A stretch of DNA of 64,000 nucleotides, taken from positions 1,248,001 to 1,312,000 of the forward strand of contig CAVYTA010000006.1 in assembly GCA_963771355.1 (NCBI GenBank). The letters are read 5' to 3'. The notes under the pieces are model-generated. The model worked only from the letters and a program-made list of their open reading frames with translations. It did not search any database and was not told where the DNA came from. This document shows, piece after piece, positions 39,573-51,825 of this stretch. Positions within the stretch are counted from its first letter, which is position 1. The number at the start of each line of letters is the position of its first letter. The DNA comes from an uncultured Candidatus Rokubacteria bacterium (GTDB taxonomy: Bacteria; Methylomirabilota; Methylomirabilia; Rokubacteriales; CSP1-6). The position numbers were made by a program, and so were the translations under genes.

Positions 39573-40382
39573 CTAGTATAGCCCTCCGGGGAACGTGTTC
39601 ACGCCCGCGTGGCGGCCGGCCGCCTTGTACATCTTGACGCCGCCCCAGGCATGGCCCGACACGCCGTCGTGCAGCGCCCAGCTCCGGCCGCGCACGGTGA
39701 GCCCGGCCCCGGGGGCGCGGAACGGCGTGGCGCCGTCGAGGCCCCGGGTGAGGGTGCCCGTCTGCGAGAACTGCTCGTGGATGAGCTCCATGATCTCCCG
39801 GCCCATGATGTAGCCACAGCCGCGCCGCTCGTAGAGGATGGCGGAGTGGTAGAAGAGCGGGTCGATGAGATAGAGGTCCTTGCCGATGATCCCGCAGAAG
39901 GCCTCCATGCACTGGAGCACCCGGGCGAGCATCCCCAGGCCCCGGCGCACCTGGCCCGGCGCCAGCCCGTCCCGCATCGCGCGCGCCTCCTCGTCCAGGT
40001 TGCGGGACGCGGTGCCGAACAGCGTGTCCCGCCCGCCCGCGTCGCGGTCGATGCCGTAGCGAGGGGCGGCGGGGTCGTTGATCTGGACGAAGGCCAGCTC
40101 CGGCACCGACATCGCCGACATCTCCACGTCGATCAGGAGCATGGGATCGGGATCGCCCGGCGCCGCGCGCACTTCCACACGCGCCCAGGGCCGGTCCTCG
40201 GGCGCGGTGACGCGGACCAGCCGGGCGCCGTCGGGCCGGCACAGCGTGCTGGGGCTGATCTCGAGGCGGCGCTGCAGCTCGCCGGGCACCAGCCGGAGGT
40301 AGAGCGTCTCCGCCATCTCGCGGGGCAGCGCGTTGATCTCCTGGATCGACGTCAGCCCCAGCCCCGCCGCGCGCGCGTCCAT
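39573..40382 (-). CDS. hypothetical protein, possible GNAT-like fold
   Basis: LAPGQVRRGLG, PLFYHSAILYERRG; abuts the mobA stop. Confidence 0.75.
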   Translation of the reverse strand: MDARAAGLGLTSIQEINALPREMAETLYLRLVPGELQRRLEISPSTLCRPDGARLVRVTAPEDRPWARVEVRAAPGDPDPMLLIDVEMSAMSVPELAFVQINDPAAPRYGIDRDAGGRDTLFGTASRNLDEEARAMRDGLAPGQVRRGLGMLARVLQCMEAFCGIIGKDLYLIDPLFYHSAILYERRGCGYIMGREIMELIHEQFSQTGTLTRGLDGATPFRAPGAGLTVRGRSWALHDGVSGHAWGGVKMYKAAGRHAGVNTFPGGLY

Positions 40383-40982
40383 CTAGCCGGCCGCCACCAG
40401 CGCGCGGGCGCGCGCCAGCTCCTCGGGCGTGTTGACGTTCATGAACACCCGGGCGGGATCGGCCAGCCGCGCGATCTCCGCCTCCGGGATCGCGAGCACG
40501 CGCACCTCGTCGAAGAAGCCGGTGATCTTCAGCCGGCCCTCGCGCAGCCGCCGCTCCATGGGGCCGAGGCACGCCTTGGCGTAGCAGGCGTGGAGGGTCT
40601 CCCACTGCTCGCCCACGCGCGGCACCACCACGTCCGCCTCCGGCGCGCGCGCGGTCACCAGGCGGGCCACCGCCGGCGAGATGAACGGCATGTCGCAGGC
40701 CACCGTGAAGGCGACGTCGCCCGGGGCGGCGTGCAGCCCCGAGTAGATGCCGCCGAGGGAGCCGCCGTCGGGAAAGACGTCGGGGATCATGGGCAGGCCC
40801 AGGAAGTGATAGAGCTCGGGCGTATTGGTCACCAGCAGCACCGGATCGGCGACGCCGCGGAGGACGTCGAGGACGCGCTCGATGATGCGGCGGCCGCCCA
40901 GCTCGAGCAGCGCCTTGGGCGCCCCGCCCATCCGCGTGCTCTTGCCGCCCGCCTGGATGACGCCGGTGATGGCGACGGTCAC
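40383..40982 (-). CDS. mobA: molybdenum cofactor guanylyltransferase
   Basis: QAGGKSTRMG..KALL, ACDMPF, FMNVNTPEEL. Confidence 0.9.
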   Translation of the reverse strand: MTVAITGVIQAGGKSTRMGGAPKALLELGGRRIIERVLDVLRGVADPVLLVTNTPELYHFLGLPMIPDVFPDGGSLGGIYSGLHAAPGDVAFTVACDMPFISPAVARLVTARAPEADVVVPRVGEQWETLHACYAKACLGPMERRLREGRLKITGFFDEVRVLAIPEAEIARLADPARVFMNVNTPEELARARALVAAG

Positions 40983-41587
40983 AGGCGGACGGGACCCTGC
41001 CGCAGGATGCGCGGCGGCCAGACGGTGCAGTCCGCGACGGTGGACCCGGCGCCCCCCGCGGTGGGCCCCCCGTCCAGGATGACGTCCACCAGCCCGGGGA
41101 GCCGCCGCGCCACCTCGTCCGCGTCGGACGACGGGGGCTCGCCGCTGGGATTCGCGGAGGTTCCGGTCAGCGCTCGCCTCGCCGCGCGCAGCAGCGCGAG
41201 CGTCACCGGATGGCCCGGCACGCGCACGCCCACCGTGCCCGTGCCCGCGGTGATCGCCGTCGGCACCGTCGGGCCCGCCGGCAGCACGAGGGTGAGCGGC
41301 CCCGGCCAGTGCCGCGCCATGAGGGCGCGCACCTCGGTGCCGGCCGCGGCGACCAGGCTCAGCGCGCGCTCCTCGGAGTCCACGAGGACGAGCACGGGAT
41401 TGGACTCCGCCCGGCCCTTGATGCGGAACACGCGGGCCACCGCCTCGGGATCGAGGGCGTCCGCGCCCAGCCCGTAGAAGCTCTCGGTAGGAAAGGCCAC
41501 GGTGCCGCCGGCCTTGAGGACCGCCGCGGCCGCGTCGAGCCCCGGGCCGTCCGGGTGCCGCGCGTCCACGCGGTGAACGGTGGTCAC
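40979..41587 (-). CDS. tsaC: L-threonylcarbamoyladenylate synthase
   Basis: AFPTESFYGL, IKGR, WPGPLT, TSANPSG. Confidence 0.93.
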   Translation of the reverse strand: MTTVHRVDARHPDGPGLDAAAAVLKAGGTVAFPTESFYGLGADALDPEAVARVFRIKGRAESNPVLVLVDSEERALSLVAAAGTEVRALMARHWPGPLTLVLPAGPTVPTAITAGTGTVGVRVPGHPVTLALLRAARRALTGTSANPSGEPPSSDADEVARRLPGLVDVILDGGPTAGGAGSTVADCTVWPPRILRQGPVRL

Positions 41588-42855
41588 CGCTGCAGCGCCC
41601 TCCACGCGATGTCGCGGCGGTGATGCTTGCCGGTGAACTGGATGCGGTCCGCGGCCGCGTAGGCGGTGTCCACCGCGGCCCGCAGGTCGGGCCCCGTCGC
41701 GTGCACGCCCAGCACGCGGCCGCCCGCGGTGACGAGGGCGCCGTCGCGGCGCGCGGTGCCGGCGTGAAAGATCTCGACGCCGGGGAGCGCGGCCGCCGCC
41801 TCGACGCCGGTGATGGGGAGCCCCGTGTCGTAGCGGCCCGGATAGCCCCCCGAGGTGAGCACCACGCACACGGCCGCGTCGGGCTTCCAGGCGAGGGCGG
41901 CGGGCAACCCCTCGCCACGCGCCGCCGCGGCCAGGAGCGGGAGCAGGTCATCGGCCAGCCGCGGCATCACCACCTGGCACTCGGGATCGCCGAAGCGGCA
42001 GTTGAACTCGACCACGCGGGGCCCGTCAGAGCCGATCATCAGCCCGACGTAGAGGAAGCCCGTGAAGGGCGCGCCTTCCCTGGCCATGGCCGCCACCGTG
42101 GGGCGCACGATCTCGGCCATCACGCGCTCCGCCATCGCCGCGTCCAGGATGGGCGCGGGTGAGTAGGCGCCCATGCCGCCGGTATTGGGACCGCGGTCGT
42201 CGTCGAACACCGTCTTGTGGTCCTGGGCGCCGGCCAGCGGCAGGATGGCGGTCCCATCCGTGATCGCGAAGAAGGAGGCCTCCTCGCCCACCATGAACTC
42301 CTCCACCACCACGCTCGCCCCCGCCGCCCCGAAGGCCCCCGCCTCCAGACAGAGCGCCAGCGCCGCGTCCGCCTCCGGGAGCGTCCGGCAGATGCTCACG
42401 CCCTTGCCCGCGGCGAGCCCATCGGCCTTCACCACCAGCGGCACCCCCAGCTCGCGGCACCAGGCGCGCGCCGGCGCGAGGTCGGTGAACACACGATAGC
42501 GGGCGGTGGGGATGCGGTAGCGGGCCATGAGGTCCTTGGCGAAGGCCTTGCTGCTCTCGATCCGCGCCGCCGCCTGCGAGGGACCGAACACCGCCAGGCC
42601 GCGCGCGCGGAGCCGGTCCGCGAGGCCCAGCGAGAGCGGCAGCTCGGGTCCCACCACCGTCAAGTCCACCCGCTCGCGGAGCGCGAGATCGCATAGCGCC
42701 TCGACCCCGTCGTCCTTGATGGCGATGCAGCGGCCGTGGCGCTCGATGCCGGGGTTGCCCGGGGCGGCGATGAGCTCCGTGAGTCTGGGGCTCTGGGCGA
42801 GCTTCCAGGCCAGCGTGTGCTCGCGGCCGCCGCCGCCGACCAGCAGGACCTTCAT
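41584..42855 (-). CDS. purD: phosphoribosylamine-glycine ligase
   Basis: GGGGREH, KADGLAAGKGV, GPNTGGMGAY, EFNCRFGDPE. Confidence 0.97.
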   Translation of the reverse strand: MKVLLVGGGGREHTLAWKLAQSPRLTELIAAPGNPGIERHGRCIAIKDDGVEALCDLALRERVDLTVVGPELPLSLGLADRLRARGLAVFGPSQAAARIESSKAFAKDLMARYRIPTARYRVFTDLAPARAWCRELGVPLVVKADGLAAGKGVSICRTLPEADAALALCLEAGAFGAAGASVVVEEFMVGEEASFFAITDGTAILPLAGAQDHKTVFDDDRGPNTGGMGAYSPAPILDAAMAERVMAEIVRPTVAAMAREGAPFTGFLYVGLMIGSDGPRVVEFNCRFGDPECQVVMPRLADDLLPLLAAAARGEGLPAALAWKPDAAVCVVLTSGGYPGRYDTGLPITGVEAAAALPGVEIFHAGTARRDGALVTAGGRVLGVHATGPDLRAAVDTAYAAADRIQFTGKHHRRDIAWRALQR

Positions 42856-43817
42856 CGCTCCCGCTCGGGCTTGGCGGGCGCGCGCTCGACGGGCTCGTCC
42901 TCGTCGGGATCCGACTCGTCCAGCGCGGCCGGATCCGCGGTCTGCTCGAGGTGGGACCGCGCGATCTGGGACCAGGGGCTGCCCAGGTCCAGCTCGAGAT
43001 AGCGCCGCCAGTGGACGGCCGCGGCCTCGGCGCGTCCCACCTTGCCCAGCACGCCGGCGAGGTTGAAGTGCGCGTCGGCATAGTCCGGGTCCATCTCCAG
43101 CGCCCGCCGGTACCAGCTGACGGCGGCGGTGAAGTCGCCGAGATCTTCCTGCAGCGAGCCCAGGTTGAAGGCGGCCTGCGTGCACGTCTCGTCGGCGCCG
43201 AGCGCGGTGCGATAGCACTCCCCCGCCCGCTCGTAGTGCCCCATGCGGTGCTGGAGCAGCCCGAGGTTGTTCCACGCCGCCGCGTAGGCGGGGTCGATGG
43301 CGAGCACGCGCTCGTAGGCGTCCACCGCCGCCTCCCAGCGCTCCGGGTCGCCGTCCCACTCCGCCGCGCGCGCGAACCACACCTCGGCGGCGTCGCGGGG
43401 CGGGATGAGCGGGCGGACGCGGCCCCACGCCAGCGACTCTCGTGTCTCGCGCTCGAGCTCCAGCTCGGGAAAGTCCAGCAGCGCCTGCCCGGTACGGGCA
43501 TCGAAGCGGAGCTGCTCGTGGGCGACCACGATGCGCTGGCCTTCCACCAGGAGCCGCAGCTCGGCCAGCGGCGTCTCCGCGTTGGGCGCGAGCCGCCGGG
43601 CGCCCGCCAGCGCTTCGCGCACCCGGCGTACGCTCGCCCCCGCCTCCAGCAGCGCCGCCGCCACGCGGCACGCCACCAGCTCGCGGAACCGGTAGCCCAC
43701 GGACTCGACGCGGAGGAGGCCGAGCCGGCGGAGCTGGGCGGCGCGCTTGGGCGTGAGCCGCAGGAGCCGGGTCAGCTCCCGCAGGCTGAAGACGCGTTCC
43801 CGCTGGGGCTCGGCCAC
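42852..43817 (-). CDS. MerR-like HTH plus TPR-repeat protein
   Basis: N-terminal [19 protein letters not shown]; TPRs [20 protein letters not shown]. Confidence 0.8.
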   Translation of the reverse strand: MAEPQRERVFSLRELTRLLRLTPKRAAQLRRLGLLRVESVGYRFRELVACRVAAALLEAGASVRRVREALAGARRLAPNAETPLAELRLLVEGQRIVVAHEQLRFDARTGQALLDFPELELERETRESLAWGRVRPLIPPRDAAEVWFARAAEWDGDPERWEAAVDAYERVLAIDPAYAAAWNNLGLLQHRMGHYERAGECYRTALGADETCTQAAFNLGSLQEDLGDFTAAVSWYRRALEMDPDYADAHFNLAGVLGKVGRAEAAAVHWRRYLELDLGSPWSQIARSHLEQTADPAALDESDPDEDEPVERAPAKPERER

Positions 43818-43818
43818 G

Positions 43819-45416
<1,598 letters not shown>

Positions 45417-45420
<4 letters not shown>

Positions 45421-46049
45421 GCTCGCCCCTCCCCGAGAATTCGCACCCGCCGTCCCTCGATGTGGAGCCGTCCCTCCGCGAAGAGCCGGATCGCGTCCGG
45501 ATAGATCCGATGCTCCTCGGCGAGAATGCGCGCGGAGAGCGTCGCCTCGGTGTCGTCCGGGAGCACCGGCACCGCCGCCTGGAGCACGATGGGGCCGGTG
45601 TCGGTGCCCTCGTCCACGAAGTGCACGGTGGCACCCGCCACCGTCACCCCGTGCTCGAGCGCCTGGCGCTGCGCATGGAGCCCCGGAAAGGCGGGCAGCA
45701 GCGAGGGGTGGATGTTGAGGAGCCGGCCGCGGAAGTGCTCGACGAAGGCGGTCCCGAGGATGCGCATGTAGCCCGCCAGGCACACCAGGCCCACCTGCCG
45801 CGACTCCAGGCGCTCGATGAGGGCCTTGTCATGCGCCTCGCGGCCCGGATGCTCCCGGGGCTCCACCACGTCCGCCGCGATGCCATGCGCCCGCGCGATC
45901 TCCAGCGCCCCCGCCTCTCCCCGATCCGAGAGGAGGAGGACGATCTCCGCGGGAATGCGTCCCTCCGCGGCGGCCGCCACCATGGCCTGGAAGTTCGACC
46001 CGCGCCCCGACGCCAGCACCCCCACCCGCAGCCGCGCGCGCTCAGGCAT
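45417..46049 (-). CDS. purN: phosphoribosylglycinamide formyltransferase
   Basis: [27 protein letters not shown]. Confidence 0.97.
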
Positions 46050-47070
46050 AGCGGACTCCTCGCGGGCCGGCCTCGATCTCGCCCACCTCGAACACCGACT
46101 CGCCCGCCCCGCGCAGGAGGGCCCGCGCCCCGTCGGCGTCCTCGGCGCGCACCACCACCAGATAGCCCACGCCCATGTTGAAGGTACGCCGCATCTCGTC
46201 CTCGTCCAGATGGGCCGCCTCCTGGATCACCCGGAACACCCGCGGCAGGGGCCACCCCGCGGGCCGGATCACCGCGCGGCAGCCCTCCGGCAGCACGCGC
46301 GGCAGATTCTCGGTGATGCCGCCGCCCGTCACGTGCGCCATGGCGCGGACCGGCAGCGCGCGCAGCAGCGCGAGGATGGACTTCACGTAGATGCGCGTGG
46401 GGCTCAGGAGCTCGTCAGCCACGCTGCGCCCGGTGCCGGGAAAGGCGTCGCCGATCTCGAGGCCGAGCCGCTCGAAGACCACCCGGCGGGCGAGCGAGTA
46501 GCCGTTGCTGTGCAGCCCCGAGGAAGCCAGCCCGAGCACGCGATCGCCCGGCTTGACCTCCTCGCCGGTGACGATGCGGCTCCGCTCCACCACGCCCACC
46601 GCGAAGCCCGCCAGGTCGTACTCGCCCGGCGCGTAGAAGTCCGGCATCTCCGCGGTCTCGCCCCCCACCAGCGCGCAGCCCGCCTGGAGGCAGCCCGCCG
46701 CGATCCCGGCCACGATGGCCTCCACCCGGGCAGGCTCGACCCGATGCATCGCGAGGTAGTCGAGGAAATAGAAGGGCTCCGCGCCGTGGACCAGGAGGTC
46801 GTTGACCCCCATGGCTACCAGGTCGATCCCCACCGTGTCGTGGCGGTCGGTGAGGAAGGCCACCTTGAGCTTCGATCCCACGCCGTCGGTGGACGACACC
46901 AGCACCGGCTCGCGGTAACCCGCGGGGATGGCGCAGAAGGCCGCGAAGGACCCGATGCCGCCCAGCACCTCGGGACGCCGGGTGCGCGCGGCGAGCCCGG
47001 CGATGCGGCGGACCGCCTCGTCCCCGGCCTGGATGTCCACGCCAGCGGCCCGGTAGGTGAGCGGATCCAC
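46042..47070 (-). CDS. purM: AIR synthetase
   Basis: YRAAGVD, TDGVGSK, GGETAEMP, GLHSNGYSL, TFNMG. Confidence 0.97.
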   Translation of the reverse strand: MDPLTYRAAGVDIQAGDEAVRRIAGLAARTRRPEVLGGIGSFAAFCAIPAGYREPVLVSSTDGVGSKLKVAFLTDRHDTVGIDLVAMGVNDLLVHGAEPFYFLDYLAMHRVEPARVEAIVAGIAAGCLQAGCALVGGETAEMPDFYAPGEYDLAGFAVGVVERSRIVTGEEVKPGDRVLGLASSGLHSNGYSLARRVVFERLGLEIGDAFPGTGRSVADELLSPTRIYVKSILALLRALPVRAMAHVTGGGITENLPRVLPEGCRAVIRPAGWPLPRVFRVIQEAAHLDEDEMRRTFNMGVGYLVVVRAEDADGARALLRGAGESVFEVGEIEAGPRGVRYA

Positions 47071-47081
47071 GGTGGCGTCGC

Positions 47082-48515
47082 TCAGGAGTCGAACAGCTTG
47101 AGCTGCGAGGCGTCCGGCTGCTCGAAGCCGACCTTGTACTGGCCGGTGAAGCACGCATGGCAGAAGTGGTTCGGGTCATTGCCCGCCGCCTTCAGCATGC
47201 CCTCGAGCGAGAGGTAGCCCAGGGTATCCGCGCCGAGATAGCGCTGGATCTCCGCCACGTCGTGACTGGCGCCGATCAGCTCCTTCCGGGTCGGGGTGTC
47301 GATTCCGTAGTAGCACGGCCACTGGATGGGCGGCGAGGAGATGCGCATGTGCACCTCGCGCGCGCCCGCGGACCGGATCATCCGCACGATCTTCCGGCTG
47401 GTGGTGCCGCGAACGATGGAGTCGTCGATGACCACCACCCGCTTGCCGGCGAGCACCTCGCGGTTCGGATTGAGCTTCACCTTCACGCCGAAGTGCCGGA
47501 TGCCCTGGCTGGGCTCGATGAAGGTGCGGCCCACGTAGTGGTTGCGGACGAGGCCGCTGTCATAGGGGAGGCCGGACTCCTCCGCGTAGCCCAGCGCCGC
47601 ACCCACCCCGGAGTCGGGTACCGCGATGACGAGATCCGCCTCCACCGGGTACTCGCGGGCCAGCTGGTGGCCGAGCGCCTTGCGGACGGTGTGCACGTTG
47701 CGCCCCCACAGCATGGAGTCGGGCCGCGCGAAGTACACGTACTCGAACACGCACTGCAGCCGCTCGGCGGGCCGGAAGGGCTTGAAGCTGGTCACGCCCC
47801 GATCGTCGATGATGACCATCTCGCCGGGCTCCACGTCGCGCACGAACTCTGCCTCCATGAGGTCCAGCGCGCAGGTCTCGGAGGCGAGCACCCAGGCCTC
47901 GCCCAGCCGCCCGAGCGACAGCGGCCGGAAGCCGGCGGGATCCCGGACGCCGACCATGCGGTCGGGCGTGAGCACGAGGAGCGTGAAGGCGCCCTTGACT
48001 CGCTTGAGCGCGCGCGGCAGCTGGTCCACCAGGCTCGCCCCCTCGGCGCGGGCCAGCAGGTGGATGATCACCTCGGTGTCGGAAGTGGACTGGAACACGG
48101 CGCCGTCCCGCTCCAGGCTCTGGCGCAGCTCCTCGGCATTGACGAGGTTGCCGTTGTGTCCGATGGCCACCGGGCCATGCGCGGTCTGGGCGCTGATGGG
48201 CTGGGCGTTGCGGAGGTTCGAGGAGCCCGCGGTGGAGTAACGGACGTGGCCGATGGCGCGGTTGCCGGGCAGGCGCTTGAGACGATCACGGCTGAACACG
48301 TCGGCCACCCAGCCCATGGCCTTCTCCACGTGGAAGGCATGGCCGTCGGTGGCGGCGATGCCCGCCGACTCCTGGCCGCGGTGCTGCAGCGAGTAGAGCC
48401 CGAGATAGGTGACGTTGGCGGCTTCGGCGTGGTTCCACACGCCGAAGAGCCCGCACTCGTCGTGGAACTTGTCGTCCAGCTCGAAGCCGGGTGCGTCAGG
48501 CAACAGATCGCGCAA
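47082..48515 (-). CDS. purF: amidophosphoribosyltransferase
   Basis: Propeptide then [32 protein letters not shown]. Confidence 0.97.
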   Translation of the reverse strand: MRDLLPDAPGFELDDKFHDECGLFGVWNHAEAANVTYLGLYSLQHRGQESAGIAATDGHAFHVEKAMGWVADVFSRDRLKRLPGNRAIGHVRYSTAGSSNLRNAQPISAQTAHGPVAIGHNGNLVNAEELRQSLERDGAVFQSTSDTEVIIHLLARAEGASLVDQLPRALKRVKGAFTLLVLTPDRMVGVRDPAGFRPLSLGRLGEAWVLASETCALDLMEAEFVRDVEPGEMVIIDDRGVTSFKPFRPAERLQCVFEYVYFARPDSMLWGRNVHTVRKALGHQLAREYPVEADLVIAVPDSGVGAALGYAEESGLPYDSGLVRNHYVGRTFIEPSQGIRHFGVKVKLNPNREVLAGKRVVVIDDSIVRGTTSRKIVRMIRSAGAREVHMRISSPPIQWPCYYGIDTPTRKELIGASHDVAEIQRYLGADTLGYLSLEGMLKAAGNDPNHFCHACFTGQYKVGFEQPDASQLKLFDS

Positions 48516-50739
48516 ACCCGCTCCTCCACTCGTGGCCGAGTCGCTCCACCGTCAGGTCCACCAGAGGGGTCTCGCCCCGGCGCACGACGAGCCGGTCGCC
48601 CCCCACCCTCCCGATCCAGCGCCACGGCACCGCGAACTCCCGCAGGAGCGCCTCGAAGGCCCGCGCCGCGGAGGCCGGCACCGACGCCACGATGCGCGAG
48701 GGCCCTTCTCCGAACAGCGCCAGGTCATCCCGGTCCCCGCCCGCGGGCAAGTCCAGCACGGCGCCGATGGGCGCCGGTCCGCTCACGCAGCACTCCGCCA
48801 CCGTCACCGCGAGCCCTCCCTCGGCACAGTCATGCGCGGACCGCACGAGGCGTCCCTCGATGGCGGCGCGGCAGGCCTCCTGCACCGCGCGCTCCACGTC
48901 GAGGTCGAGCGGAGCCAGCCGTCCCGCCACCCGCCGGTGCAGCGCCCAGAGATACTCGGAGCCGCCCAGGCTCACCGCGTCGGGCCCGATCAGGGCAATA
49001 CGGTCCCCCGCCTCCTGGAACCACTGGGTGCCGCGCGCTTCCGCGTCCTCGATCAGGCCGGCCATCCCGATCACCGGGGTGGGCAGGATCGCCTGCCCGA
49101 GAGTCTCATTGTAGAAGGAGACATTGCCGCCTACCACCGGGATCTCGAGGGCCCGGCAGGCCTCGGCGATACCTCCCACCGCTTCCTTGAACTGCCAGAG
49201 GATCTCGGGCCGCTCCGGCGAGCCGAAGTTGAGGCAGTCGGTGAGGCCCAGGGGCCGCGCACCGGACACGGCGAGGTTGCGGGCGGCCTCCGCCACCGCC
49301 ATCGCGGCGCCCCGGCGGGGATCGAGATAGACCTGGCGGGCATTGCCGTCGGTGGTGACCGCCACCGCCTTGCCGGTGCCCTTGATGCGCAGGATCCCCG
49401 CGTCGGAGCCGGGCATGACCACGGTGTTGAGCCCGACCTGGGTATCGTACTGCCGGTACACCCAGAGCTTGGACGCGATGGCGGGCGAGCCCGCGAGGGC
49501 CAGCAGCGCCCCCTCCGGCTCCGCCGCGGGCAGGGACAGCGGATCGAAGGCCTCGAGCGCGTCTTGCCAGTCCGGGCGCGCGGTGGGCTTCTCGTAGACC
49601 GGCGCCTCGTCGGCCAGCGCCTTCACCGGCACCTCCGCCACGATCTCCCCGTGCATGCGCGCGCGCAGGATCCCGTCGCCGGTGACGCGGCCGATCTCCA
49701 CCGCGTCCAGTTCCCACTTGGCGAAGACCCCGCGGATCTCCGCCTCGCGCCCGCGCGCGCAGACGAGCAGCATGCGCTCCTGCGACTCCGAGAGCATGAT
49801 CTCGTAGGGCGTCATCCCCCGCTCGCGCTGGGGCACGCGATCGAGGTCCACCTCCATCCCCGTCCCCGCGCGGGCCGGCATCTCCGAACAGGCGCAGGCC
49901 AGGCCCGCCGCCCCCATGTCCTGGATGCCCACGATGGCGCCGGTGGCCATGGCCTCGAGGCAGGCCTCGAGGAGAAGCTTCTCCGTGAAGGGATCGCCCA
50001 CCTGCACGGTGGGACGCCGCTCGGCCGCGCCCTCGTCGAAGGTGGCCGACGCCATGGTGGCGCCGTGGATGCCGTCGCGTCCCGTCTTGGCTCCGACGTA
50101 GAAGACGGGGTTGCCGACGCCTTCCGCGCGCGCCCGGAAGATCCGGTCCGTGGCCACCAGCCCGACCGCCATGGCGTTGACGAGCGGGTTGCCCGCGTAC
50201 TCGGGGGCGAAGCCGACCTCGCCGCCCAGGTTCGGCACGCCGAAGCAGTTGCCGTACCACGAGATTCCCGAGACCACGCCCTCGAGAAGGTGTCGCGCCT
50301 TGGGATCGTCCGGCGGCGCGAACCGCAGCGAGTCCAGGATGGCAATGGGCCGCGCGCCCATGGTGAAGATGTCGCGCAGGATGCCGCCCACGCCGGTGGC
50401 GGCGCCCTGGAAGGGCTCGATAAACGAGGGGTGGTTGTGGCTCTCGATCTTGAAGGTCAGCGCGAGCCCGCCTCCCAGGTCCACGATACCGGCGTTCTCG
50501 CCGGGGCCCTGCAGCACCTGCGGGCCCTGGGTGGGGAGCTCACGCAGGAAGACGCGCGAGTGCTTGTAGGCACAGTGCTCGGACCAGAGCGCGGAGAAAA
50601 GGCCCAGCTCGGTGAAGCGCGGCTCGCGACCGAGCCGGCGAATGATGCGGTCGTACTCCTCGGCGGTGAGGCCGTGGCTGAGGGCGAGCTCTTGCGTGAC
50701 CTTAGGCTCGGTGCCGGTCACCCGCTCGGCCCCGGTCAC
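48496..50739 (-). CDS. purL: FGAM synthase subunit PurL
   Basis: [37 protein letters not shown]. Confidence 0.97.
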   Translation of the reverse strand: MTGAERVTGTEPKVTQELALSHGLTAEEYDRIIRRLGREPRFTELGLFSALWSEHCAYKHSRVFLRELPTQGPQVLQGPGENAGIVDLGGGLALTFKIESHNHPSFIEPFQGAATGVGGILRDIFTMGARPIAILDSLRFAPPDDPKARHLLEGVVSGISWYGNCFGVPNLGGEVGFAPEYAGNPLVNAMAVGLVATDRIFRARAEGVGNPVFYVGAKTGRDGIHGATMASATFDEGAAERRPTVQVGDPFTEKLLLEACLEAMATGAIVGIQDMGAAGLACACSEMPARAGTGMEVDLDRVPQRERGMTPYEIMLSESQERMLLVCARGREAEIRGVFAKWELDAVEIGRVTGDGILRARMHGEIVAEVPVKALADEAPVYEKPTARPDWQDALEAFDPLSLPAAEPEGALLALAGSPAIASKLWVYRQYDTQVGLNTVVMPGSDAGILRIKGTGKAVAVTTDGNARQVYLDPRRGAAMAVAEAARNLAVSGARPLGLTDCLNFGSPERPEILWQFKEAVGGIAEACRALEIPVVGGNVSFYNETLGQAILPTPVIGMAGLIEDAEARGTQWFQEAGDRIALIGPDAVSLGGSEYLWALHRRVAGRLAPLDLDVERAVQEACRAAIEGRLVRSAHDCAEGGLAVTVAECCVSGPAPIGAVLDLPAGGDRDDLALFGEGPSRIVASVPASAARAFEALLREFAVPWRWIGRVGGDRLVVRRGETPLVDLTVERLGHEWRSGFARSVA

Positions 50740-50767
50740 CCCGTCCCCACTTCACCCCGCCTCCGTC

Positions 50768-51481
50768 CTACCGCTTGAGAAACGTCCCGTCCTCGACCAG
50801 GCTGGCGAGGAGGGAATGGAAGATGGCGAGCCCGTCGATGCCGCCCACCGCCTTCTCGGCGGCGCGCTCCGGATGGGGCATCAGACCGAGCACCGTTCCC
50901 TCTTCGTTGACGAGCCCCGCGATATTGTCGAGCGAGCCGTTGGGGTTGGCGTCCTTGGTGAGGCGCCCGTCCTCCTCGCAGTAGCGGAAAACAATCTGCG
51001 ACTTCTCACGCAAAGACCGCAGGGTGGGGCCGTCGCAGTAGTACTTTCCCTCGCCGTGCGAGATCGGCATCTTCAGGACCTGACCGGGGCGCGCGGCCCG
51101 TGTGAAGGCCGTCTCGGCGTTGTCCACGCGGACGTGCACGTACTGGCAGCGGTACTGAAGCGAGTCATTCCGCGTCAGCGCGCCCGGCAGGAGCCGGGAC
51201 TCGCACAGGATCTGGAAGCCGTTGCAGGAGCCTAGCACCAGCCCGCCCCGCGCCACGAACTCCGGTAGAGCCTCGACGACGGGGGAGCGGCCGGCCACCG
51301 CGCCGGCGCGAAGATAGTCGCCGTAGGAGAAGCCGCCCGGGAGCACCACGCAATCGTACCCGGTGAGATTCGCCTCCCGATGCCAGATGTAGCTGACGGG
51401 CTGGCGGAGTACTTCGCTGATCACATAGTGGAAGTCGCAGTCACTCCACGTGCCCGGGAAGACCACCACACCGAATCTCAT
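50768..51481 (-). CDS. purQ: FGAM synthase glutaminase subunit PurQ
   Basis: VFPG, PGGFSYGDYLR, GSCNGFQ, MPHPER. Confidence 0.97.
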   Translation of the reverse strand: MRFGVVVFPGTWSDCDFHYVISEVLRQPVSYIWHREANLTGYDCVVLPGGFSYGDYLRAGAVAGRSPVVEALPEFVARGGLVLGSCNGFQILCESRLLPGALTRNDSLQYRCQYVHVRVDNAETAFTRAARPGQVLKMPISHGEGKYYCDGPTLRSLREKSQIVFRYCEEDGRLTKDANPNGSLDNIAGLVNEEGTVLGLMPHPERAAEKAVGGIDGLAIFHSLLASLVEDGTFLKR

Positions 51482-51518
51482 GGGAGTTGGTTGCTCCTCC
51501 TTTGTTGACCGCAGGTCC

Positions 51519-51547
51519 ACTCTAACCCGTGCCTGCGCTTCTGGCAA
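51519..51547 (-). promoter_or_regulatory. internal sigma70 promoter upstream of purQ
   Basis: TTGCCA-17 nt-TAGAGT in the 95-nt purS-purQ gap. Confidence 0.65.
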
Positions 51548-51576
51548 GCGCCGACGCGCGCTTCCGGCGCGGCGGC

Positions 51577-51825
51577 TCAGTTTTCGGGGAGGATCTCGAC
51601 CGTGAAGTCCTCGGTGACGGGGTTGGCGAGGAGCCGCGCGCACATCTCCTCGATGCGGCCGCGCGCCCCGGCCGGGTCCGGCGCGTCGAGCTCCACCTCC
51701 AGCACCTTCCCCACGCGCAGGTCACGCACCTCGCCGAAGCCGAGGCCCTCGAGCGCCCGCTTCACCGAGGTCCCCTGCACGTCGAGAATGCCCGACTTGA
51801 GACGGACGAGAACGCGCGCTTTCAC
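51577..51825 (-). CDS. purS: FGAM synthase subunit PurS
   Basis: LKSGILDVQG, VGK, LLANPVTEDF. Confidence 0.95.
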   Translation of the reverse strand: MKARVLVRLKSGILDVQGTSVKRALEGLGFGEVRDLRVGKVLEVELDAPDPAGARGRIEEMCARLLANPVTEDFTVEILPEN

